From Rhodospirillales bacterium (GTDB lineage Bacteria; Pseudomonadota; Alphaproteobacteria; Bin95): DNA of 64,000 nt. This document shows positions 43,676-52,293 of this stretch, piece after piece. A program made the translations under genes and the position numbers. The stretch lies in the NCBI GenBank assembly GCA_038143065.1, contig JAYQLI010000035.1, positions 1,696,894-1,760,893 of the forward strand. Direction: 5' to 3'. Below the pieces are notes generated by a model, which saw nothing but the letters and a program-made list of their open reading frames with translations, ran no database searches and was not told the origin of the DNA. Each line of letters opens with the position of its first letter. The stretch's first letter is position 1.

Positions 43676-44578
43676 CTATCCAGTAATGGCAGCAGCAACC
43701 AAATTCGCATCTGCGTACGCCCCAGAAACCTGACCATCATGCCCAGAGCGAGCGGCGCCAATAGCAAAAAGACCATTGATTGAAGTTTGGCAATTATGAT
43801 TAACAATAAGTGCCCCAGAAGCATCGCGGGCTACTGATGTTGGAACCAATTCAGTAGCCGGTTCAACGCCGACAAATACAAAGACCGCGCGGGTTTCAAT
43901 TCTCTCTACGCTACCACCGCAATTCACCTCTATCGCATCAACCCCCGTATCTCCAACGACTTCCAGAACAGATGCATCAGTCTTGATCTCAATATTTGTC
44001 TTACCTTCAGCCTCTGTTGTGAATTCGTGGCGGGCACGGGGTTCAGGGCCTCGTATTAATATTTGAACCTTCTTGCAAAGCGTTGCCAGATGCAGGGCCT
44101 CTTGGAAAGCCGCGTCACCGCCTCCTACTACAACGACCACTTCCTCCCCTCGGTACAACGCCCCATCACAAAACGCACAAGATGAAACGCCAAAACCGGT
44201 TAATCTCTCTTCTCCAGGCACCCCAAGTTTTTCAAGGCGAGCGCCCGTTGCCACCACCACATTTGGAGCCGACAATTCTAACTCGGGCAAGATCCAAAGA
44301 TTACCATGCTGCTCCAGGCTAGCGGCAGTTCCCATCCTGTAGTCAACACCCGCCTCCAATGCATTGCCTAAAAGAATGCCTGCAACATCCGCTCCCGATT
44401 GGCCCTCAATCCCTTCCGGACCCGTTAAATCTCCGACATTGGCTATCAGACCACCCATGTAACCATCATCAACGAGCGCCGTACTTACCCTCTTATTCGC
44501 CAAATCCGTAGCAGCTTTCATCCCAGCGGGACCTGCTCCGACTACAATGGCGGAATGGGTGGCCTCTACAGTAAACAT
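43676..44578 (-). CDS. Thioredoxin reductase-like flavoprotein (CAFC redox motif)
   Basis: VVGAGPAG, VVATGA..LGVPGEE..G.GVSSCAFCDG, VGGGDAA; the second FAD motif is altered (TSINGLFAIGA). Confidence 0.88.
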   Translation of the reverse strand: MFTVEATHSAIVVGAGPAGMKAATDLANKRVSTALVDDGYMGGLIANVGDLTGPEGIEGQSGADVAGILLGNALEAGVDYRMGTAASLEQHGNLWILPELELSAPNVVVATGARLEKLGVPGEERLTGFGVSSCAFCDGALYRGEEVVVVVGGGDAAFQEALHLATLCKKVQILIRGPEPRARHEFTTEAEGKTNIEIKTDASVLEVVGDTGVDAIEVNCGGSVERIETRAVFVFVGVEPATELVPTSVARDASGALIVNHNCQTSINGLFAIGAARSGHDGQVSGAYADANLVAAAITG

Positions 44579-44591
44579 CAGTCCATTACCC

Positions 44592-45593
44592 TCAAGGAAA
44601 AATCAGCGGCATGGTTTGGATCCTCGACCCTCCAGCCCAAATGGGAAGACACGTCATTTTTACGCCAGGACCGCCAGTTACAATTGGATGAATTGATCCA
44701 GGTTCAATGGCACCGGGCGCAGCGCTTTCAACTGACGCTATATCACCTAAAACCTGTCTACGATCTTGATGTATGAATGACTGTATTTCCGTAGTGCCCC
44801 AACCATGCTTCGCTAGGTCTGCAACCATTTCCGGGCCAATTAGAAAAATTTGATCACCGGCCTCGCGCATCCTCCCAGACCCGGCAACTGCACTCGCAGC
44901 TGCTAGCGCTGCGGCCATTGGAGCCAGAATTGCCTCTGGAGTATCACGTTCATCAAGAGGAAGGACTTCCATCGTCCCAGAAACTCCAAGAACAGTGACT
45001 GCATCAACAGAACCCAAACCTAGCCGCTCAGTTAGAGAGGGGAGACCTCCTAGGGGGTTTTCAGGGAAACAAAAGGCCAGCTTGCCCGGCTGGCCCATTG
45101 TAGCCATATCTCCGACGGTCTCTTTTGCCCCTCCTATATTCCTCAGAACAAGAGCGATCGCACGACCCAAAGTTGAATTTGCTCTATTCCCAGGCCCCAA
45201 ACAGTTAACGCCATGGTTCATGCCCAAATTCTCAGCAACTGGCCCGTGAACGATCGTTGCGACGGCCGGCGTCCCGGTCGTTGTCATAAGCCCCAAGAGG
45301 TTAAAGTCTGGATTTAACATCGCCGATACTGCAGTCAGAACGACTGGAACAGCCCCAGGCAGTGCTCCAGCCAGCACACAATTGTAAGCAACAGCCCTAG
45401 CCGTCAAATCACCAAACATCGGCATTACCATGCCGTGAGAGACATCCGGATTATTGACGCCAACTAGCATTGAAGAAAGGCGCGTCTCTGTTGGCGGCAC
45501 CATTGGCAAGCCATCAGATAAGCCAGCCTCTTCAAGCGTTGATTGTGCTTCCTCCCACGATAAAGCAGGATCTAAGATGGGCCAATTACTCAA
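44592..45593 (-). CDS. Uncharacterised protein, UGSC-operon partner 2
   Basis: Probable TTG start at 45593 overlapping the upstream TGA. Motifs GLSDGLPMVPPT, NCLGPGNRANSTLGRA, DMATMGQPGK.AFCF.EN are shared with partner 1. Confidence 0.85.
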   Translation of the reverse strand: MSNWPILDPALSWEEAQSTLEEAGLSDGLPMVPPTETRLSSMLVGVNNPDVSHGMVMPMFGDLTARAVAYNCVLAGALPGAVPVVLTAVSAMLNPDFNLLGLMTTTGTPAVATIVHGPVAENLGMNHGVNCLGPGNRANSTLGRAIALVLRNIGGAKETVGDMATMGQPGKLAFCFPENPLGGLPSLTERLGLGSVDAVTVLGVSGTMEVLPLDERDTPEAILAPMAAALAAASAVAGSGRMREAGDQIFLIGPEMVADLAKHGWGTTEIQSFIHQDRRQVLGDIASVESAAPGAIEPGSIHPIVTGGPGVKMTCLPIWAGGSRIQTMPLIFP

Positions 45594-46629
45594 CGTATCG
45601 GCAGTCGCTCTGAGCAAGCTTCAGTGAAACCAAAAGTTGGAATGACTGCAGAATGTTTGCCCGGCCCTCCCGCCACGACAACCTGAATATCCTCTGGAGT
45701 ACGAGAGTGGTAATAACGGCCATTCTGAATGACTTGACCGCGCTCTTCGTAATTTTTCTGATTTTCTTTCGACACTCGCTCAACTGGCGTTGCACTGTCG
45801 TGATGCAATTTTCTTGAATTGCAGGAACTGTCCAACCATCCCGTTTCATTGTAGCTGCGTGTTCCGGCCCTATGACCACCATAAATGGAGCAGATCCATA
45901 TATAGTGTTCGCTCCCGTCTGTGATATCGAACCGGCAATAGTTTGCAGTAGTCCATCACCAGTCGTGCTGCCATGATCATTAACATTGTGCGGTGGTTCC
46001 GCAGGCAGGAGAGTAACTACACTGTCTTCAGCATTAAAACCACGGCGAACGTGGTACGGCTCCCAAGGGCTCTCTTCTTCATTCTCACCAAAACAGAATG
46101 AGTACTTTGCCGGCGAACCCTGTGTTGAGCGATCCATATCGCCTGGCTTGCCCCCTCCTACGTTCATCATAGTGAGCATCAAAGCCCTGCCTATAGAGGC
46201 GTTTGAACGCCATCCCTGACCAAAACAGTTCGCACCACAGTTAATTCCCATGACGTTCCGAGCAGGACCATTGACTACAATCATCGGCGCGCATGGATGC
46301 GTGGTAGCTAGCGTTCCGTGCAGGTTGTAATCGGGGTTTAAAATGGCACGGACCGCAGCAACCACTGCCGGGAAATATTCCGGTTTACAACCCGCCATTA
46401 CAGCATTCGCCGCAATTGTTTCTAGGGTGGGCAGGACAAGACGCGGAGACATTGGTGGAAAGGGAGCATTGTCTCCATGACAAGTCGCAACACACGCGGC
46501 AACTTTTGCTTCCGTTGGTGGGATCATAGGCATGCCATCGCTCCAACCCTGTTCGATGGCAAAATCATTAAATGCGTCAAAGTCCATATCGCCGAGGTCT
46601 AATACCTCGTCGTTCAGGGGGTCGCTCAT
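45590..46629 (-). CDS. Uncharacterised protein, UGSC-operon partner 1, frameshifted near 45810
   Basis: GWSDGMPMIPPT, IAANAVMAGCKPEYFP, NCFGQGWRSNASIGRA, DRSTQGSPAKYSFCFGENEEESPW. The C-terminus continues in ORF 45590-45835 (PEDIQVVVAGGPGKHS). Confidence 0.85.
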
Positions 46630-46650
46630 AGAAGCTCCTGAATTAATGAA

Positions 46651-46676
46651 GGCCGACGATCGATAGACCGTCGGCC
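46651..46676 (-). terminator. Intra-operon hairpin between the selenoprotein gene and partner 1
   Basis: Minus-strand RNA GGCCGACGGUC-UAUC-GAUCGUCGGCC (11 bp, one G-U) followed by UUCAUUAAUU. Confidence 0.6.
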
Positions 46677-46682
46677 AAATTG

Positions 46683-47207
46683 TTAGGCCGCTAGGACCGT
46701 CTTAAGTTCACCAAACGCCGTCTGAATGCGTTCCCTTAATTCTTCTTCATTTAAGCCGCCCACGGGGTGCTTAACAATTAGAAGTTTAGGATTTGCACCC
46801 CGAGCTTTTGCTTGCGCGCGAACCAGCGGCAAGAAAGTCTCAGTGATGACAATGTAGGTTTCAACGCCCGCTTCTTCAAAGGTCATGCTGTCATGGAAAC
46901 TCCACGACGAACATGACCCTCAATCCGCTAAGGCGACGATGGCACCCCGATAATTATTGACTACACGCTCAACTAACTCGGGAGGCGCTGGATGGGCGGC
47001 ACTTGGTTTGTCCATGTAATCGACGTTATCGATGGACCTAAACTCACCCATCAGCTTGCGAACCCCCTGGAGTAACTCCATAGCGTTGGGCTTTGAATTT
47101 GAAATGATGGCTACCGGATCGTTGAGCCAATCTGTTGGGCTTTTAGCTGATGCGGTCTTTGCACCCGCATCCTCCTGCCTGCCAAAGGAAGGGTTAACGA
47201 TGCGCAT
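46683..47207 (-). CDS. UGSC-family selenoprotein, 174 aa, Sec (UGA) at codon 96 (46920-46922)
   Basis: ORFs 46920-47207 and 46683-46886 are in one frame: ...GAIVALAD-[UGA]-GSCSSWSFHDSMTFEEAGVET...HPVGG... Also N-terminal NSKPNA and KPSAAHPAP, strong RBS GAGGAGG, and a hairpin directly 3' of the UGA. Confidence 0.88.
46881..46918 (-). other. Putative bacterial SECIS element
   Basis: RNA after UGA-G: GGUCAUGUU-C-GUCGUGGA-GUU-UCCAUGAC-AGCAUGACC. 9-bp lower stem, single C bulge, 8-bp upper stem; the apical loop G lies 20 nt after the UGA. Confidence 0.8.
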
Positions 47208-47236
47208 GGGTTTTCCTCCTCACGCAATGAAATTCA

Positions 47237-47298
47237 CCTCAAAGAGTTTGAGGCTTGCTGAAAGAGTTTACGAAGTGCCGCCGTTGCTGCAAAGAGTT
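47237..47298. repeat. Three AAAGAGTT direct repeats in the leader of the selenoprotein operon
   Basis: AAAGAGTT at 47241, 47261 and 47291. Two are preceded by TTGCTG(C); the first sits in the palindrome CCTCAAA-gag-TTTGAGG. Confidence 0.6.
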
Positions 47299-47563
47299 CC
47301 GAGGAAAGAAGGTAAAAATATCTAAAAATTAATACTTAAATTCTAATGAAGGCTTTGATACGTCGATCGCAATAATGCGCAAAATATTGTGCTGCCGATG
47401 CCTGACGCGCTCAATTTCCCGCGAACAAGAAGCTAGTTGCACGAGCACCAAGAAAGCTCGAGCCAATGCTCTGTGGCATCAGCAGCATTTTCTTACTAGA
47501 TCAGCTATCAGCAGTATTTCACAAGCTAACCTATGGTTCTGTATTTTAGGAAATGCATCATAG

Positions 47564-47587
47564 ACGGTGGGGCAAGGACCCCACCGT
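47564..47587. terminator. GC-rich hairpin downstream of the Cys-rich gene
   Basis: ACGGTGGGG-caagga-CCCCACCGT; no clear U-tract. Confidence 0.5.
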
Positions 47588-47606
47588 TGATCCGCAGACT
47601 TGAAAC

Positions 47607-48681
47607 CTACTTACCGAAGTATTTGCTGCACTTTGGATAGGTGTAAGAGGCAACCACATCAGCAACACCACTTGTATCAACGATGGCAGCAATCTGCGCC
47701 GACATGCGTATCAAGTCTTCCTCCGTGACGGCACTTTTCCCAGTATTATAAGCCGTATACCCCTTCAAAAAGGGCTGGGCATTATCGTAGGCCGTTTTAC
47801 CAGTGTTATAAGCTGTTTCAGCGTTCTGAAGAGCAGGAGACGCTTTTTTAGCCGCCTCATATGCTTCTTTTAATTCTTCAAATTTCTTTTTAAGTTTAGC
47901 AAGCTTGCTTGTGTCGTCTGCCGAAGAGGCCGCTTTTGACGCTGCCCCCGAGCCACCGGCAGTTGAGATGTTGAGCGCTAAATTCCCGACGGAACTGACC
48001 TGACCAAAGACAATCGAAGCGCATGTAGCACTGTCTTTTGCTGTCCCCATACCGCAATTCACCCAGCCCTTTGGATTTTGTGCCCAACAGACCGGACCCA
48101 CGCCCTTGAAATTGGCAGGGCATTTTTTGTAGCACAGCCCAGCATCCAGTTGCTTACCGCTACATCCTTTGTTGCGGATCTTTCCTACCTCAATTTTTTT
48201 CTCGCACGAATAATCTGCTATCCGTGCCCCCATACCCAAAGCCTTGCAGTTTGGCTTGTTGGCGTAACAGAAAAGCCCTTTTTTGTGTAACCGTCGCGGC
48301 ATTTTTTATACCATAACGCTCCATCTTTTTCACAATCCTGTTTGGTTGCCTTTTTACAGGCTTTCTTTGATGTCCAACCACCGCCTCGGCCATAATCAGC
48401 TTTTTCTTTTCTGCAATAAAGGCCGTCGTCTCGCATGCCGTCCGGGCAAACAGTGTGGCAGTCTACGCCAGAACGCTTCTTACCTATTGGACACCTTTTG
48501 TAGCAAAGCTCCCCAACTTTTCCGCCCCACGTGGGCATTTTGAGGGAACAGTACCCGCCCCGCGCGTAGTAGAATCCTTCCAACAAAACTCTGCCTGCTG
48601 TGCCGTCGCGCCCTGCGCCGCAAAGGCAAGCATTAGGAAAGTTGTCAAATAAATGAATATACGCGGGATAAAATTTGTCAT
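47607..48681 (-). CDS. Secreted cysteine-rich repeat protein (~358 aa), two frameshifts in A-runs (~48520, ~48282)
   Basis: ATG 48681 with RBS; signal peptide ending ATA-Q. Three ORFs join by adding one A each; three LCYKxC-type repeats. Confidence 0.8.
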
Positions 48682-48777
48682 TTTACTCTCTGACAATAAT
48701 GAAGTAGCTCGAAAAAATGTAAACAAAGATACAAAGCAGAGCAAACTCAGCAAAATTTCTCTAGAATTAATCCCTCA

Positions 48778-49122
48778 TTAAATTGAAAGAACTGATCCAC
48801 CAACCGTGGAACGCCCCTCAATGCCTTGTGCGCGTGCGCTGCATCTTCATGTGCGAAGCGCTGTATTTCTGGGACTACAATTTCTCCACTTGCAAGCAGT
48901 CCGATCAATTCCAACACCCTCTCCATTAATTCGGTTCGGGACCTTGTGTACCAATCAAGACCCGCACTCGTGATGTAGAGAGAACCGCGCGGATTTAATT
49001 CGAAGATGTTAAATGGCGTCCTTGTTGCAGATCAGTGTTTGCCCAGGCTCTGGTATTGGAACGTTATCAAGCTTGAGGACTTCTGGCCCTCCATGCTCAT
49101 GGATCCTTATCGCTCTACTCAT
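48778..49122 (-). pseudogene. Internally deleted NADPH:quinone oxidoreductase (zeta-crystallin family) remnant
   Basis: MSRAIRIHEHGGPEVLKLDNVPIPEPG (N-terminus) abuts PFNIFELNPRGSLYIT...AAHAHKAL..GRSTVGGSVL (C-terminus) within 345 nt. Confidence 0.75.
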
Positions 49123-49224
49123 CAAATGGTCCAATCTTGTTTTCAGGGGCGCTTGCCATTGGTGTTAGTTTCAATCCACCCTATCCCATACTGATCATCT
49201 TCCCCAACACTGGAGGGATCTCAA

Positions 49225-50216
49225 ATGGACGTCGAACTTTCAATTGAGGATGCCAGAGCCTTAGCTGAACGCGTGCTCATCGCTCAGGGACAAAGAGCAG
49301 ACTACGCTTCCTTGATAACTGATCACCTCATAGACTGTGAACTTCGGGGCCTGGATTACGGCGGACTGCCACGACTTGTCAGTATCGTAGAACGGTTGGA
49401 GCGAACTGGACCTCCCCCAGGGCCCGTTGAAATCGTCCGCGAGACCCCTGTTTCTGCAAAGATTAAGGGACAAGATAATCTGGGCTACGTCGTCGCCTAC
49501 AAGGCCACAGAAATAGCGATTGCCAAAGCAAAGAACATGGGCCTTGCCGCCGTCGCCGGCGATGACACCTGGTACACTGGGATGCTTTCCTACTTTGCCG
49601 AGATGATGGCCGCTGAAGGCCTAGTCTCAATGATTGCCTCTAACGCTTCACCTTGGGTTGCGCCTGAGGGCGCTGTGGACGGGCGATTTGGCACAAATCC
49701 GATCTGCTACGGTTTTCCAAGCTTGGGTGACCCAATCATTTGGGACATAGGCACATCAAACATCATGCACGCGGAGGTACTCTAGCAAAGCGCCTAGGTA
49801 AACCTCTAGAACCAGGGAAAGCGTGGGATGCAGATGGTAAGCCAACTACAGACCCTGATGCGGCTCTCGCTGGAGCATTTACGGCTTGGGGCGGTCACAA
49901 AGGGTCCGGACTAGCGCATGTAGTGCAATTGCTAGGTGCAATGGCAGGATCACCAGTCATGCCACCCGATTTAGCCAAATTTGGTTTTGTGGTGATTGCG
50001 ATGAAACCCGATCTCTTTAACCCGGAGGCAGACTTTCGCGCTGCAGTTTCCGAATATGCCGACGCCGTTCGCACTGCCCGGCCAGTAGAAGGAGGGCCTC
50101 AACCCCGAATGCCCTTTGATCGTTCTGCAACACTGCGCAGAAAACGCAAGACTGCAAATATAATCCGAACGCCCCAACTGGCCTACGATCGACTGCTCGC
50201 TATGAGTGGCAGTTAA
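49225..50216 (+). CDS. Ldh_2 family oxidoreductase (malate/sulfolactate/ureidoglycolate dehydrogenase-like), frameshifted near 49780
   Basis: DHLIDCELRG..YGGL.R, FGTNPI, WDIGTS, DADGKPTTDP, WGGHKGSGLA. Confidence 0.88.
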
Positions 50217-50400
50217 TTAAGATAAGGCTTCTATAGAGATTTTAGAATGCCAGCTTGGGCCAAGCCTTGATCCTTCCTGTTCAAATCTTTTTGGCAATTG
50301 GAGCAACCAGGATGTTGCCGTTAGCACATAAAGACTGCCAAGGTTCTTTTTCAAAGTTCTTAAAGTTTGAGACCTTTCACTCACAATAGGAGTTTCAACT

Positions 50401-51051
50401 ATGTCACGCGGCCTACTTCTCGTCGGCTTTGATTTTGCCAAAGCCCACACGGACGAGTTTCATGACTGGTACGACCTGGAGCATGTTCCAGAAAGGGAAG
50501 CTGTCGCTGGATTTGGATTATGCGAACGCTGGCTGGACGTTGAGAACCCGACGGTCGCAGTCGCCTCTTATGACTTAGATGCTCTATCTGTGCTGAGGAG
50601 TGACGCCTACAAAGCCGTCGCCTACGAGAACCTCTCCGTATGGTCAAAGCGGGTAACGGCGATGTGCGATCGCAAACTTCGCTTTGAAGGCGACCAAACT
50701 CTGCCTGGAGATCTTGCGGCACCGGCGGGTGCTGGAGGCCTTCTTGTAAATGCTATGAACTGCGCGGCTGAGGGCGAAGCTGACTTTAATGCTTGGTATA
50801 ACGAAGAGCACATTCCATCTCTCGCGGCCGTTCCAGGCTGCATGGCGGCGCGTCGCTTTGTTCAAGCCTCTGATCAGCCTGAAAGTGCTGACGGGAGAAA
50901 ATACGTCGCCATTTACCACCTCGAGTCTCCTGACGTTACCAAGACTGAAGCGTGGTCAAAGGCAGTGAATACCCCATGGACTTTGAAGGTTCGCCCGCAT
51001 TTCCGCGATAGGCTTCGCATCCTCTGCAAACGCTATGTTCGCGGCGCTTAA
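50401..51051 (+). CDS. Duplicated dimeric alpha/beta-barrel (EthD/DUF4286-like) protein
   Basis: Internal repeat EFHDWYDLEHVPEREAVAGF / DFNAWYNEEHIPSLAAVPGC. Confidence 0.78.
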   Translation: MSRGLLLVGFDFAKAHTDEFHDWYDLEHVPEREAVAGFGLCERWLDVENPTVAVASYDLDALSVLRSDAYKAVAYENLSVWSKRVTAMCDRKLRFEGDQTLPGDLAAPAGAGGLLVNAMNCAAEGEADFNAWYNEEHIPSLAAVPGCMAARRFVQASDQPESADGRKYVAIYHLESPDVTKTEAWSKAVNTPWTLKVRPHFRDRLRILCKRYVRGA

Positions 51052-52283
51052 GCCTCAGCCAACTGCAAACGAGCTCTCACGATCAAGCTAGAGATGATTA
51101 AAAGGTTGGCTAGGTTGAACAGGGCGCCGATGATGAAGCCAAGCTGGTAAGAGCCAGTGAGGTCGACGCTAATTCCACCTAGCCAAGCTCCCAAAGCCAT
51201 ACCGCCGCCGGCGCAGAGAATAACCAAGCCAGTCCGGCGCCCCGCCTCCGCAGCTGGTAAAAATTCTCGGACAATAATTGGGTAGCAGGGAAGTATTCCT
51301 CCATAACCGAGACCAAAAAGGGCTCCGACAAGGTAAAGCGACGTCAAATCATTCACAAAGGCGAGTGCAAATAGAAAAATCATTTGCGCAGTCGAGAAGA
51401 CAAAAATCGCCTTTAATCCGCCAAATCGTCCAGATAAAAAGCCAACTCCAAAGAAGCTGGCAACAGCGGCACACGCTAACATAAGCGATAAGATTTCAGC
51501 GCCGCGCGCAGGGTCATAACCCAGATCACTCACATGACTTACTAGATGAGCGAGCGGTAATGACATCGCCACACAGCAGCCAATAGAGGCAAAACACAAT
51601 GTGATTTGCATGCGCCTTGGGGACAGGATTAGAGCCTTTGCTCCATCAGGTCGTTTTGCTAGCGCAGGCGCGATAATAGTCGTCGGTGGACGCATCTTAA
51701 GAACTAGGCAAAGCGGCAAAAGTGTCACCAAGGTGAACACCCCGTACCAGAAAGAGGTATCGCGCCAGCCGTAAATGCCAAAAGTGTAATTAAAAATTGG
51801 AGGCCAGACAGCCCCAGCGAGAGCCTGTCCAGAGCCAACAATACCAACTGCCATACCTCGTTTGTGCTCAAACCATCGCGTTATATTTGCCGTTAACGGT
51901 GAAAATAGAGCAGACCTTCCAAGTAGCCCCATCATTACGCCGTATATGAAAAACAATTGCCACTCGTTCGAAATATAAGTCGTAAGAAGAGCACCTCCCC
52001 CAATCATCAGTGCACCAACGAAAGCGGGGACTGCCATTCCCAAGCGATCAAGCACCCAGCCCATGAATATGCCGCCCACTCCACCTCCGAAGTACTGAAG
52101 GGAGTAAGCTATGGAGGGAATTGTTCGCGGCCACTCGAACTCTGCGCTGATAAGTTTCAGTGCGACGACGAGGAAATAGATACTTCCCGTTCCAACAATC
52201 ATAAAAATCAATGATGCTAAAAGAACTAAGTAGCGTTTTACGTTGAGGCCGTCGTCTGGCGCTCCAGTGTGTGGCATTTCCAT
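51048..52283 (-). CDS. MFS transporter (MCT/OFA-like)
   Basis: About 12 hydrophobic segments, GWVLDRLG, TRWFEHKRGMAVG; start at MEMPH (52283). Confidence 0.9.
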   Translation of the reverse strand: MEMPHTGAPDDGLNVKRYLVLLASLIFMIVGTGSIYFLVVALKLISAEFEWPRTIPSIAYSLQYFGGGVGGIFMGWVLDRLGMAVPAFVGALMIGGGALLTTYISNEWQLFFIYGVMMGLLGRSALFSPLTANITRWFEHKRGMAVGIVGSGQALAGAVWPPIFNYTFGIYGWRDTSFWYGVFTLVTLLPLCLVLKMRPPTTIIAPALAKRPDGAKALILSPRRMQITLCFASIGCCVAMSLPLAHLVSHVSDLGYDPARGAEILSLMLACAAVASFFGVGFLSGRFGGLKAIFVFSTAQMIFLFALAFVNDLTSLYLVGALFGLGYGGILPCYPIIVREFLPAAEAGRRTGLVILCAGGGMALGAWLGGISVDLTGSYQLGFIIGALFNLANLLIISSLIVRARLQLAEA

Positions 52284-52293
52284 TTTGCAGTCT

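Noticed and set aside
46920-47207. Treating the 95-aa and 67-aa ORFs as two separate small genes
   Set aside because: Same frame, only 33 nt apart, the spacer encodes GSC completing a UxxC motif and folds as a SECIS-like hairpin, and the second ORF lacks an evident RBS.
47326-47563. Small ORF 47375-47563 or an ncRNA in the spacer upstream of the Sec operon
   Set aside because: No recognisable protein motif, RBS or convincing structure.
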